Assembly (NCBI GenBank): GCA_964270895.1
Contig: OZ185446.1
Source: Podarcis filfolensis
Taxonomy: Eukaryota
Reading direction: 5' to 3' (one strand)
DNA length: 64,000 nucleotides
A program made the translations under genes and the position numbers. This document shows positions 22,762 through 36,230 of the stretch, piece by piece. Within the stretch, counting starts at the first letter, position 1; every line of letters begins with the position of its first letter. The notes beneath the pieces were generated by a model. It was not told the DNA's origin. It searched no databases and worked only from the letters and a program-made list of their open reading frames with translations.

Positions 22762-22975
22762 GCTACTAGCCATGATGGCTATGTTCTGCATCCTCTGTCA
22801 GAGGCATCTTGCCTCTCAATACCAGTTGCTGAGAATAGAAGGTGGGCTGAGTGCTATTGCACTCATGTCTTATTTGCAGGCTTCCCACAGGCATCTGATG
22901 GGCCATTGTGAGAACAGAAAGCTGGACTAGATGAGCCATTGACTTGGTCTAGCAGGCTCTTCTTATGTTCTTAGT
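22762..22975 (+). mobile_element. CR1 LINE 3' UTR fragment
   Basis: CTAGCCATGATGGCTATG…GCTGGACTAGATGAGCC…GCAGGCTCTTCTTATGTTCTTA, typical squamate CR1 3' end. Confidence 0.7.
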
Positions 22976-24732
22976 CTTAACCTTCCTTCACTTCACCAAG
23001 TTCCCTTTCATCTCATGGTACATACTCTTAGCCTGGCCTTGTGAAAATTTAACATATGCCTCACCCTGCTCTGGAATATATTTTGAAAAAGTAGTTGAAC
23101 TGGACATGGCGAGTTCCTCTTCTATGTTTCCGTCCCTGCCCAGTTTGTGACACTTGTAGCCCAATTCTGTGCATGTTTACTCAGCAGCATCCCACTGTTT
23201 TCATTAGGGTTAATTCTTAGATAAGGATATTTAGAATCACAATTCTAGTTTTTCTCTTTCCCTTCTAGCACACTGATGACATCTCTATAGAACAGGGCAT
23301 GTCCACATTATACACTTGATCATTCTTATTTCCAAGAATTCTGGGAATTTTAGTTCAGTGAAGTTAGTGGAAGCCTAAAGACCTGTAACCAAAATCCTCA
23401 GAAGCTCATAAAATTACAATTCCCAGAATTGTTTTTGGTAGAACATGTGGCATTTACACAGTAGGTGTCTACATATCAACAAATGGAGGGTGGCAGGAGC
23501 TCCATATCATCAAAATTGGAAGGAATAATGAAACGTTATCTATTCTGTTGATTAAAATAGAAGTGCCATGAATTTACTTGAAGCTAAAATCAGGACAGAG
23601 ATATTTCTATGATATAAATTTGAGTGTTTTACCTAAAGTTCCAAAGAAGACACACTTGATTTTAATTTGATCCTCCTAATCAGCTAAAATGTGCCATTTA
23701 GCTATTGGATAAGCTGCTGTGATGTCATGGACTCTTCATAAACCTTTGAATTGTTCAAGAAGTTGTCAGCAACAAAGTTCTGTCAGTTGAGCTTAAAATA
23801 AGGAAAATGAAAGCCTACATTGGGGGGAAGGAAGACCACATCCATTACATGGAGGCAGGATCTTTTGGCAACTCATGGGTGCTAGGAGTGGAAGGTGAAA
23901 GGTGGGAAGGAAACAAAATGAGAAGAGAACCAATGATATAAGAAGGCAAAAAGTCAGAGAGCCCGGAAGGTAGGATAGACTAGATGGAGGATGCAGAGGG
24001 TTGAGGGAAGGAGAAACTTGTGTGAAATACAGACTTGCGAAGTCGTACAATACTTAAAAAGAAAGCTGTGTATTTTAGCACAAATGACAAAGAAAAGCAG
24101 ATCTGCGAGGAAGGCTGTATGGAGAAAAGAGTGAAAACAAGATTAGAGGAAAAGTAGCTGAAGGACAAGGGACACACCAGTTAGTAGATCCAGAAGTAGA
24201 TCTGGTAGGGAGGTGAAAGGCAGGGCCAGTGTTGGGAAAAACCAAGGGGGAAGCTTACCCAGGGTCTTAGAGGCTGGTGGGTTCTAAGAGTCCAGGAGCA
24301 AAACAGGAGAGGCAGATATACACTTGATGAAAAAAACTCAACTGCATAACCCAAGAACATTGGAAAAGTAATGCTAAAATCTTGCTGTATATATTTTTCT
24401 AAGTTGTGGTTTTATTGCCATCCTTCATTAGCTTTGTCTAATTTGTCTCCCAAACCTGACTGCTTTGATTTCTGTTTTTTAATTTATTTGTAAAATGTTG
24501 GCCATTGTAATCCGTTGCCAACAGTCTGAGAATTGCTACATTAAAAATGAATGCAAATAATTGTTTTTCAAAATGGCTCCTTCATGATAAGATTAAGATT
24601 GGCTGTTATGAATAATATTTGATACTTGGTTATGCTTTGGTTAATCATTAGTATTTGAAAATAAAGGAAAGTTGTGATCTGTATGTAGGCAAATTTGTTG
24701 CTATTCATTACTTGAAAGATGGATTTGCTGTA

Positions 24733-25097
24733 AAAAGGTAAAGGTACCCCTGCCTGTACGGGCCAGTCGTGTCCGACTCTAGGGTTGTGCGCCCATCTCA
24801 CTAAAGAGGCCGGGGGCCAGCGCTGTCCGGAGACACTTCCGGGTCACGTGGCCAGCGTGACGAAGCTGCTCTGGTGAGCCAGCACCAGCGCAGCACACGG
24901 AAACGCCGTTTACCTTCCCGCTATACAGCGGTACCTATTTATCTACTTGCACTTAGGGGTGCTTTCGAACTGCTAGGTGGGCAGGAGCTGGGACCGAAAG
25001 ACGGGAGCTCACCCCGCCGCGGGGATTCGAACCGCCGACCATGCGATCGGCAAGTCCTAGGCACTGAGGTTTTACCCACAGCGCCACCCGCGTCCCC
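24733..25097 (-). mobile_element. Sauria (Squam1) SINE, full length, young
   Basis: Antisense tail AAAGGTAAAGGTACCCC, head …CCACCCGCGTCCC; 7-bp TSD TGCTGTA (24726-24732 and 25098-25104); CpGs retained. Confidence 0.95.
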
Positions 25098-26039
25098 TGC
25101 TGTAGCTAGTCATAATTAAGCATTGATCTTGCATAACAACTCTTAAATTAAGAGATAAGAGACTTGGTCTGCTATTGCCACATCTTTGCTGGATTACTTT
25201 GGTCAAGCAAAGTGACCTCTTGGTTTTCATTTTTCCTTCTCAATCTTAATTTGGTTGAGCGACGAGAAAGAACAGAAATCTATCTATCTGTACTACTATC
25301 TGGCTTCCATAATTTTACCATATTTTTTCATTTAGAAATGATCCAGTCCTCATCCAAATATGCATTAACAAGTTTTGAAATGTATTTGTATAAAAAATAT
25401 ACCACGTAATATATAAAAAAATCTCTGAGTGGTTTACATAAAAACAATTTATTATTTTTTAGATGAATCCAGAGGAGTAATAAAAGTATTACTGAATGTT
25501 TATCATAATAGGGCAAGATACAGCATTAAAAGTCTTGCAGGCTGCAGTGGGAATGTTAAACACTCTGCCATGATTAAATTTCTCCCACTTAAAGCAGTAA
25601 GATTTAACTGTGCTTAACGTTGCTTGGATTGTGCTCCATTTTTAGCCACAAATGATAAAATATTATATTCAGTTTTCAATCCAATAAATGGAACTACAGC
25701 GATTATATATTACCTAATCTGAAAGAGCATAATATTAATGTAAAACTCAGGCTTTACTGGTACAGCCTTTTGTGAGTAGCTCACAAAATGGGATGAGAAT
25801 TATATCAGCAATGAAAAATCAATTGCATGATTCAGAAAATGAAACTTTATATCCAGCTAGTTAATAATGCACGTTCAGAATTTAAGTACTCATGGTCATT
25901 GTGAGCCATATGTCCTAAAGATTTTGTCAAGTACTGCCAGTGTGCAAGCAGCTACTGAAATGGTCTCAGACTAAATCTAAGCCCAGCTCCTTTCTATTTA
26001 GTCTGAGTACATGTTGGTGGATCTGGACACTTGTCATGC

Positions 26040-26460
26040 ATGTTATACCGACTTGCTGATTAGATTACATGGGTCTACCCGTGAAGATGTTTCAGAAACT
26101 TTAGCTGGCATGAGGCACTAGGCAATTTGCTTTCTTAGCCCAATTTAAGGTGATGCTTTTGCCCTATAAAGCCCTAAAACACAGTATTCTGATTATCCCA
26201 GGAAGTGTCTTATTCCATGTGTTGTCCCTTGAGAATTGAAACCTGCAGATGGAGCCATCCAGGTTCTGTCCATTCTGGATGGTAGGTTGTATTTCACAAG
26301 AAACAGGTTTGTTTTCTTTTTTCTGTAGTGACCCTGGACCTGAATTCCAAGAGGTCTTTCTCTTTGTTTGTTAAAGGCTAGGTGGACTTTTAAAAAATTT
26401 TATTTCATCAAACCTTTGGGGTTTTAAGGGTACAGCTTGTGCTGTTGTTTTTCCTGGTGT
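26040..26460 (+). mobile_element. L2 LINE fragment, highly degraded
   Basis: …CAGAAACTT…CCCAATTTAAGGTGATGCTTTTGCCCTATAAAGCCCTAAA… resembles the L2 RT C-terminal coding region. Confidence 0.5.
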
Positions 26461-28285
26461 ATTAAATATATTTTTGTATATTTGTTGCTGATTTGTGTTT
26501 GTGACTTGGCTTAGATGTAGCAGGAAACCCACATTTTGGTTTCAACTTCCAGGCATATAATAGGCAAACCATGGTTTAGTGGTGCTTGCCTGTTTAATTT
26601 TCTATCTGGTCAGAACTTGGGGGGTGTCCATTGGGAAAGACAGCAACACAGGTTGGTTGTTGCAGCACCACGGATAGCTCCTAGTGAGCAACTCCTCCAT
26701 CCAACAAGGGTTGGAAGCAGCAGCCCACTCCATCTTAGCTAAGGGCTTATCAACACTTAAAATTTTGCCCCACGCTTTCCAGGCACAGGCCCACGCTTTA
26801 AAGCTTTGTGTCTAAGTACTCTTTTTTTCACCCCAGAGCTTTCCTTGAAAAAATCTGCTTGGACACGGAGTGTGTGGATAAAAGGTCATTGTCTTCTTGT
26901 GGAAAACAAGAGTCTCTTAAAGGGCCAACTCTAGCATGAAGACAGACACTTCTCCTGCTTTCCATGGCCTCCCACTTGGCATGTTTCTTAATATAAGAAT
27001 GTTTTTGAACCACCAAAAATATATTGCACCATTGGTCTTGTGTGATACTGTGGGGGGCACTTGGTTCCTCAGACCAGATGCTTTGGGGAGCTCTTTCAAT
27101 GGGCACATGTTTATCAGGTTTAATGATCTGATCACCAACATCTGGCTTAGGAACTTTGTCTGGCTCCTTAGCTGGTAGCACTAGCCCCTGACTTGGTGTT
27201 TTGGTCATTGCTGGACAGTCCCCCTGAGGCAGAGCAGTGACTCTAACTGTGCTTTGTTGGTTGTCTGTGAATTCAGTTATAACAGCAGACCCCAGTTAGC
27301 CTTGAACTTGTAAATCATCGCTCCCCATCTAGATTTACCTGCGTGGAGGAGGTTAGAAACATTTTCTTCCATTTTCAGCTAACCATGGTTTATCTTTATG
27401 GAACCAGGAACTACTGCTTATCCAGACAAGCATGTTTAGTTGCCTCCTAGCCATGCAATACTTTCTGTGCCATTCAGCCAACCCACAGGTTTAGGGCAAG
27501 GACGGGAATTTCTCCCTAGCATAGCATTGTACAACATGGAAAAACTTTTTTAAAAACTTACTTGCAAGAGAATAATTTGTTAGCAGGCAGTTGCATCTGC
27601 TGAAGCACAGAAATATGTCTAGGATTCTTTATGTCTTTTATTATCAGATGAAGACCTAATGAGACACACATACCTCCCCAAACCTGCCTAACACTACCAG
27701 TTGTTTTAAATAACATGCCAGTTTCTTACTTGAGATCAGACAAGCAGGCACTCCTGACAGGGTGTTTTAATTGGTGCACCAAGACTGTGGAATAAATTCC
27801 TATGGAAATCTGTCGGGCTATCTCTCTTTTCATTTTTATTTTTTTATTTTTTTTGCTATCTATGGAATACTTGTTTCTTTCAATGTGCCTTTGATTTGTG
27901 AGTTTTCTGCCATTTTGCTGTGCTTGTTTTTTAATCTGCTGCTGCTTTACCTACCATGTTTTTAATGATGGTTGTTTATTTCTGGAATGAACTGCAGAAT
28001 GCACATTTCTTAATTTTTATAATAAAGTCCAAGTGTAACATTTAACTTAATTCAGTTCACAGAGCACAAATATTCTGTCCCCTTGATCTGCATCCCATTG
28101 CCTCTTGTAATTGCACTGTTTAAAGGGCTCATTTCACTTAAATGTGTGCAAGCCAGTTGTATTACATATGCCAACTAAATGTGCAGACAAAGTGTTTAAT
28201 GGCAATATTCTATTATGGAAGCCGGTGGAGAGATACTCCTAATACTAATTATGTTCTCTTTGGTGGTTGTTTTTTTGTCCCTTAG

Positions 28286-28547
28286 ATCTCATTAGCTTTA
28301 CAAAGATAATGATTCCAAAGACTACCAGATAATTGCCACTGGCTAAGCAAGAAGGCTCACGTGGGCATTACTACAGTTCTGGAAGGGTGCAAGAACCATC
28401 CTGCAGGCTGCTCCATCTGTCAAAATATCTGGACACCCTGTTCCAATAACAACTAAGGACAGATTTGCACATAGGGAACAAGGGCAACAGCCACAGCACC
28501 TGAAACACCACAGAAAGAAACTGGGGAAGAAGGAAAGCGGTGTCACC
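28286..28547 (+). other. CDK6: 5' UTR portion of the CDK6 ATG-bearing exon
   Basis: Acceptor TTGTTTTTTTGTCCCTTAG ending at 28285 (alternative AGs at 28295 and 28305); a single upstream ATG at 28309; Kozak GTCACCATGG at 28548. Confidence 0.6.
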
Positions 28548-28780
28548 ATGGAGAAGGACAGCATGACCCTAGCTGATCAACAATATGAATGTGTAGCTGA
28601 GATTGGTGAAGGAGCCTATGGGAAGGTGTTCAAGGCCCGGGACCTGAAGAATGGTGGACGTTTTGTAGCACTGAAGAGGGTGCGGGTGCAGACAAGCGAA
28701 GAGGGGATGCCACTTTCCACCATACGTGAGGTGGCTGTATTGAAGCATCTGGAAACATTTGAGCATCCCAACGTGGTCAG
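28548..28780 (+). CDS. CDK6: Cyclin-dependent kinase 6, first coding exon (aa 1-78, phase-2 end)
   Basis: [78 protein letters not shown]: G-loop, VALK lysine, PLSTIRE helix (CDK6; CDK4 has PISTVRE). 233 coding nt, donor CAG|GTGAGG at 28780/28781. Confidence 0.98.
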
Positions 28781-31058
28781 GTGAGGAAGGTGCGGGGGGC
28801 GGTGGCAAGGCATATGGCCAACTGTATCCCAGTTACACAGTTTGGGTGTTCTGAGCATCATGTTTGGGGTATGTGGCTCGATTGAGCACTAGAATAGTTG
28901 TCTGAAATGAATTTGAAGTTTGCTCAAGTGTATGTTTTGCCAACCTGCCTAACCCACCTTTTCTTGAGCTTTGCCTCCCACGCATTCAAACATCCATCTC
29001 CAGAGGCATAGGTGTGTGACTTAAGTATTTGAGTGGATGGGCATGGAGCCACATGTAAGCTGTGGTCTTTTTCAGCACAAAAAAGGAAGAATAGAAAGAG
29101 AGAAGCTCTTTTGTCCTGGGTATTAGTTGTGCCTAGTAAAAGCTGGTGCTATTTTAGCGCTACTAAACACTGCCTATGTGGCAATAAGAATCTTTTATAC
29201 TAGGCAGGACAATTCTGCAGTTTTAGAAAGCTCAGAATTTGTTCTTGGTTAAGTAGCTTTCTAATGCTTAAAATGTTAAAAGTAATATGTAAAATTCAAA
29301 ATGAACATGTAAATAAAAATATTAAAGGTTGAAATCTTGCTCAGCTGCAACCTTAACTCAGGCCACCAAAATCTCTGCCTGATTTAAAAAAAAAAAAACA
29401 TTTCCAAAAGATGCTCAGACTTGCCCTTCATGTCTCAGTGTGCCCAAGGATCGGTCTAAAGCATACCTTAAAATCATGGTCGGTCATGGGATAGGTGGTG
29501 GTCTGGCAAGTATGTTGGACACAAGCCATCTAGTGAAACAGAACCTCAATTGATTGACAGATGGTATAGAACCCAGCTGTATGTGGCCTGGAAGTACATT
29601 ACTTTTTAATTTTTAAAAATAAATTCATACTCCTTCCTTCTTCCCAAAGGAGCCATTACTTGTTAGTCCACAGTGGTAGTCCCATTTCTGTCAGCAATTC
29701 TTGTCCTTCATCACTCTGAAGTTGGTTGATTGTGGGAGAAGTCAGAAAATAGAACTGACTTATTTTTATTATTGCTGCTCTGATACATGACAACTTTAGT
29801 TTAGTTTTGTTCAAAACAGTGCAAGGCTGCCTGTCAGCAACCAGACAGACTTGTGTGTTCAAATCTACATTATTTTCATTGTGTTCTTGCTGGTAATTGT
29901 GATAGCTGGGGAAGAGGACTCGTTGACCACTTTCATGGGTGTAGTCTCAGTACTTTTAATCATACATTTCTTCAGATGAGTAACATGTTAGATATGTGAT
30001 AATGTGAGGTTCAAGTCTGAATGGTGATTAATCATAGAAAATCGTGCCCGTACATACCAAGAATCATGATAGAATTTGGAAAGAATCAGGCTTGGGAGTT
30101 TTTGTGACATCTTCTCAGCAGTTCTCAAGTATATAATTAATCCATAATAAATCTTCACATTGAGTGTGTTATTTTGGAATCCATTAAGATAAACAGTAAC
30201 ATTTGTGTTTACAAAGTACTTTTATATGTGCAAAGTCAAGTAGGTTTGAAAACCCTTATTTTATGCCTTTTTTAGATGCAGTGAAAGATCTGTCTTGTCA
30301 TTAGGAAGACTGGGTAAACTGTAGCTTAAGATGGTGGATGGGATTATTTTGTGCAAAAGATAATTCCATCCCACCCAGTACTGCTGCTGATCAAACTCCA
30401 TTGATTTCAGTAGAGTACAATCTAGTTAAAACCTGTTAATTATTACTCTCTGAGTACAGTTTTCAACTAACTGTTCATCTACCTTATACTCATATATATC
30501 AAGCTTTTGTAGGAAGTTAAAAGTCTTGCTGAAATCCAAATACGATTAGCATCTTTTTCTACTAAACCACTTCTTTATTTAAATAAAGAAACTGTGTTGG
30601 TCTCATATGACTTCCTCCTAACAAACTCTGTTGGTTATTTGTAATACCATTCATTCTTGAACTACCCAGAAACTGTAAAATTGACATATTTAAAGGCCTT
30701 GTACAGTGACTGCATACAATTTATTTATAGTAATACCTTTGAATCACCAAAAATATTATGGTGGCATACAAAAAATAATTGAAACGTCTTAAAAAATAAA
30801 ATCATAAAATACAAAATAAATGGCCAACGCTCAATCAAATTAATATTGTAATAGTTTAGAAGGCTGAATGTTTATTTCTTCTAAAACAAAGTTTAGAAGG
30901 CCCATCATCTTAAAACTAATTGATTATGAGGCCTGTTTGTGAGAAGGTATCTCAGGGTTGTATCATTAATCTTCAATAACAATAAAATAAAGAAGAGAAA
31001 ACATATTGCAACAACTTGTGTCATTCTCTATTACCCTCTTTCTTCCATATCTTTAGAT

Positions 31059-31199
31059 CAGGGTTTCCCAAACTTGGGTCTCCAGCTGTTATTTTGTACT
31101 ACAGGTCCCATCATTCCTGGCCACTGGCCCTGCTAGCTAGGCATGATGGGAGTTGTAGTAAAAAAAAAACTGCTGGAGACCCAATTTTGGGCAACCCTG
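31059..31199. mobile_element. hAT (Charlie-like) short MITE, near-palindromic
   Basis: TIR CAGGGTTTCCCAAACTTGGGTCTCCAGC / GCTGGAGACCCAATTTTGGGCAACCCTG; internal ACTACAGGTCCCATCAT / ATGATGGGAGTTGTAGT symmetry. Confidence 0.8.
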
Positions 31200-33539
31200 T
31201 TTGGATCATATAGCATAGTATCCAACTAAGTTTTGGGTGTTCTCTTATTTTAGATAACTTTATAATCCTCCTATTTTGTTATATATCTTTTAGATTTTAG
31301 CCATTAACTTAAATACCAGATTGCCCTTTCAAATAATCAAATGAGACCTGAGTCTCCATGTCCTTGCCATAATCCTCAATCTGATGGCCCTGCTGGGGTG
31401 AAAGTACTGCATCCCCAGGTCCCTGTGCACATCATGGAGCTTTGGACTACAGATGTTAACTACATCAGCAAGATCACTTCACCAAGATAAAGCACAGAAC
31501 GAACTCCCTCCCACGTTTTAATTCCTGGAAGAACCTCAGGTAGCAGGACTAATAAAGCTCTCTGCGCAGGATCTTGAAGAAATGCTCTTTCATATAGCTT
31601 TCCTAAATGCCAAACACTATCGTCTAGGTACGTGCAGAACATAAGCAGCCTTACGTAATCAATCTGACCCTAGAAACATTCGCAACAGAATCTGCAGTTT
31701 AGAGCACTATGAGCTCCCTTGGAAAGAATTGTCCGGGTGTAAATGTTCTGTGTTTCACCTTTCCCCTACATAGAAAACCAATCAGTCTTTTGTCTAAATG
31801 TCTGTTTGGCATACCATGGACATAAGCACATCTTACTGTGTTTTGTTTTTTAAGAATCTTGACATTTCAAATGTATTTAGTAAGATAAACTTAGTGTATC
31901 CAGCCCAGAGTTCAAATGAGAAGATGAAATGCTTAATTAGCCTTTATTGTGCACAGTAGATAAATCTGGCACAAATATGTCCACTAGTTATGTAAGTTAC
32001 TGCTGCTCTGCTTGCGGAAAACATGAAGTATACGTAGACAAAGGAGAGACTTTGCCAGGAATAAATGACATATTGGATTCAGGAAATTCCTGTGTGTAAA
32101 ATTAGGAGTATTTCCTGCTGTAATGCATCTGTAAGAATTCTTCTGATTATACTTGTTGCATTAAGCTCCATTAGCTTGCACATACTAGAATCTGAATTTA
32201 TAGAATATGACTCAGAACTGGGATATTTTAAGCTAAATTGCTACATTTTCAATGGATAATTTATTTGTTTGGACCATAGGTCATAACAAAAATCGTAATT
32301 TGCATTTCAATTAAACGTAGTCACTGAAAGTTTAAAGCGTTCAGTGTCTTCAAGTTCTATAGGCAGATAATACCTATGTTTGTAGTTTCCCCTCCACTTG
32401 ATTCTTGGAACTTTGTTTTCTCCTAGAAATATCGTGTTAAATGTTTTGAGGAGTTATTCTCTAAGCTTTGGGTACACAAAAAAGCCATACTAGAATGCAG
32501 TAATCTGAGCTCTGTGCTTGTTGCTTAGGAAGCAGCCCAAAATGCTGGTATATGTAGCTATTTCTAGTAAAATTAGTTATGTGTGATAGAAGCAGTGATT
32601 TCTAAGCTCACAAAAACACTTGGTGCACTATTTCTTTTTTGGGAAAACAACCTATCTTTTTCTTTTTCTTTGTTTGTTAACTCCCAAAGCACCAATTTTG
32701 GAAAATTAGCTTCAGCTCCAAAATCATGAATCAGACTACATGAGATATTGTATTACTAACGATGTCTCCTAAAACATGGGAGTATAACCTCTAGGGAGGC
32801 CAAAAAGTATTGCTCCTATTCTTTGTGCAACTTTCCCAAAAAAATGTTATAGGAGCTGAAATAAATGGTTTTACAGAGCTCTTGTGAACCATATTGTTTC
32901 CTGTCAGGTGTGCCAGCAACATGGTTGGACCTCTCCCATCCAATGATGGCCTCTCACTATCATCACCAACCACTTTCCACGTGGTGTGATGACCATACAG
33001 AAGCTTTCACAACCTGAAGCTGAAGGGAGTTGCAGTCTAAACCATCTGGAGGGTGCCAGGTTGACAAAGCTGCCTTGCGGTATGGCTTTGTCTGAATGAT
33101 GACACAACTTCTCTCACTGTTCCTGTCAAGCCACACCAGACTTCTGAAATAGGTGGGCAGGTCTTGGCATACATACTGGTTAAAGTTTTGCTGGTGCCTG
33201 ATAGGTTAATGTGCCAAACCCCTCAGGACTCAATAGGTACCATTCGTTTCTGTTTTAAATACATTAAATGATAACACACACCAAAAAAATTGCCCAAAAA
33301 AGGGACTGTTCAGGAGGCGCACTCAAAAGTGATGACCCTTGTGATGTAGATTGGCAGGGATTCTTGAAGGCTCTCATTTGATCCTTAGAGGATGTTCTGT
33401 GAAGAATCAGGCGCCAAACAATAAACAAAAAGAAAATTACATAAAGCATAATTGGAAGAGCACAGAAGACATGAAGATATGAAGATAAGTGTTTTCTCTG
33501 CCTCCCAAATATGTGTGTTTGTGTGTATTATTTATATAT

Positions 33540-33720
33540 TTATGGAGAGCTAGAGAGAGATTTTCCTAAGTGCTCAAAGCACTTCACATATAATTATCGC
33601 AACAACTCTGTATGGTCACCATAATTATTCCCTTACTGTAGACCGTCTGAGGCTAAGTCTAAGAGACAGCAGCTGAGCTGACATTTGCACTAGGGACTTC
33701 AAAGCTCATCATTTATATTC
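33540..33720 (-). mobile_element. MIR/CORE-SINE-like element including its 3' tail
   Basis: 33563-33589 reverse complement ATGTGAAGTGCTTTGAGCACTTAGGAA (MIR/L2-type tail) followed by antisense CORE (CAACAACTCTGTATGGTC…). Confidence 0.6.
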
Positions 33721-34555
33721 CTAACCAATATTTGACATCCCTTTTTAGATGATAGTTAGCACCCTTGCTGTATGGGGAAGAAGCTGACAGTATTTCTTCT
33801 TTCTGCCTGGAGCCTTGATCAGAATACCTTGCATATATAGCATATATAGCTGCTGTGGAAGTCTAGTTAGTTGAACAGTGTAAACAAACAAACAAACAAA
33901 CAAACAAACAGAATAACATTATTGACCTCTTAAAATTTAGCCATGATGGCTCCTTCTGGGATTGCCTTTTGTCTTTTAACATTAGGACAAAGACATTTGT
34001 TGTGAGCATCTTAAGTGGCATGGCTGTTTTTTGTCTGTCCCTTTAATTATCTTCTAACTAATGTCTGCATTTTGTGGTGTTCTCTTTTTTGAAGTTAATT
34101 GTTACTGTGGTAGGTTTTCCTACCCCTGCCTGCACAGCTGTTGAACTTTGAATTCCTTATGGTTGCCGTTTTAGCACACGTGGACTGATTTTTATGCCAA
34201 TTCAGTGTTGTTCATAAGGCCCCATAGCAAGGTTTCACTGTCATCTTGGATCCAAAGCAGTTCTTTCATGTGATCTTGTGCCTTTTGAAGACAACTGCTT
34301 TCATACAGTCAACGTTTCTTCCACATGTTAAATGGACAGCAGTGAGCATGGGCATTTATATTATAATGATAATTCTATTGGGTTGTATCTAATGTAGCAG
34401 TAGGTAAACTGTTCCATTAGGGCAAGGATTTATGCTTGCGCAAAGAAACTTTCTCCCTTACCTCAAGGATAGTTGTTGTGTCCTGCACACATGCAATAGC
34501 AGATGCCTGAATACATAGCTAGTTAACCCTATACTCCCTAAATAAGTTGCAACAA

Positions 34556-34914
34556 AGCAATGAGCCTCTTGGGCTTTCCGATTGGAAAGCCCACGGTTCA
34601 AATCCACACAATGGGGTGAGCTCCCGTTGCTCTGTCCCAGCTTCTGCCAACTTAGCAGTTTGAAAGCATGCCAGTGCAAGTAGATAAATAGGTACCGCTG
34701 TGGCAGGAAGGTAAACGGCATTTCTGTGCTCTCAGGCTTCCGTCACTGTGTCCCGTTGGCACCAGAAGCGGTTTAGTCATGCTGGCCACAAGACCCGGAA
34801 AGCTGTCTGTGGACAAACACCAGCTCCCTTGGCCTGAAAGCGAGATGAGCGCTATACCCCATAGTTGCTTTTGACTGGACTTAACCGTCCAGGAGTCCTT
34901 TACCTTTACCTTTT
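34556..34914 (+). mobile_element. Sauria SINE, 5'-truncated, older or different subfamily
   Basis: GGGGTGAGCTCCCGTTGCTCTGTCCCAGC…GTAGATAAATAGGTACCGC…CCTTTACCTTTACCTTT; carries an internal segment (CTCAGGCTTCCGTCACTGTGTCCCG) absent from the other three copies. Confidence 0.9.
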
Positions 34915-36049
34915 GCCTGTTTTACATTCCCATAATATATACAGGCAGTCCAGGACAGTAAATTCCTTGACATAGCCCAAGAAAGAGTAGCAAATCAGAG
35001 CCTTTTATATTTTTCGGTTTAAGGGTATTTAGGATGGTCATTTACAGTAAAAGAAATTTGACACTGCTGTGTGCAGGAACATCTGTCTGTATCACTATAG
35101 GACTGTAGTTCCTCCCAAATGGCTAGCAAGCTTTCTTAGAATTAAGAAGGATCATTACTCTTGATGCATTTTTTAGAACTCCATTTGTCAGCAAAACATA
35201 TGTGTGCTTTACTTTGTGTTCTCTACGTAAACTCTACACATTTTGATGCAATGATGAACAAGTGGTTTTAAAATATTATACATATGGGCTTAGAAAGGCA
35301 CAAGAGTCATATGTAATTAATATATAGTGTTTTCCTGAACCGAAAGAAGACATTCCTTTGCTTAGATAAATTATTCAATAAATATGTTCCATATTATAAT
35401 AGCAATAATGTTGTAATGAAATAAGCATTGGTAACATTTTGAAGTGCTATACATTTGAGCCGAAAAGCACTTGCTATTTATAGGAAAAAATGTTTTGTCA
35501 GTTTCCATGGAGAATGGTGTAGTGTGGTTTTAAGTTTTCCTCTGAGAAAAAGGTTTTAAAAGGAAATATTCATATGGCCAAAACTCAAAATGCTTCTCAA
35601 TTAACTGCCATAGTTCCTGACTTACAATAAGTTTTTCATAAAAGTGGTAGACTGATATATTAGCTGCATACAAATAAATATAAATAACTACATTGATATT
35701 AAGATCATTTCTGCTATACAGCGTTTACAAGTGAATTGGTGCCAATGTCTTCATTGGTCCAGTTTGCATGTCAGGGTAAACCATAGTTAATTGTTATTTG
35801 CTGTTAACACACCTTTCAAGGCTGTTTTGTCTCCTCTTTGCTAGTGTGCAGAGGAAACAAAATACAATCCCTTGCTTAGCATTACAACTGAACCAGAGAT
35901 TGTGGTTTGTTTTTCTCCAACAAACCATGATTAAGGCAAGAGCAAACCTTGGCTACAGATCCTGGTTCTTTGGGAGTAAAAGCAACCAGAAGCCTGATTC
36001 AGACATAATGCTAAGTCAAGGGTCATGGTTTATTTTCCCTGAGCATGAG

Positions 36050-36230
36050 CATAGTATAATAGAATTGTAGAGTTGGAAGGCATCCAAAGGTCATCTCGTC
36101 CAACTTCCCGAAATGCAAGAATTTCAGCTAGACCATATATGAAAGATGGCCACCCAGCCTCTGTTTATAAACCTCAAAGCAAAGAGAGTCCACCACCTCT
36201 CATGGGAGTCTGTTCCATGGTTGAACAGTA
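36050..36230 (-). mobile_element. CR1 LINE 3' end fragment
   Basis: CATAGTATAATAGAATTGTAGAGTTGGAAGGCATCCAAAGGTCATCTCGTCCAAC, antisense CR1 terminus. Confidence 0.7.
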
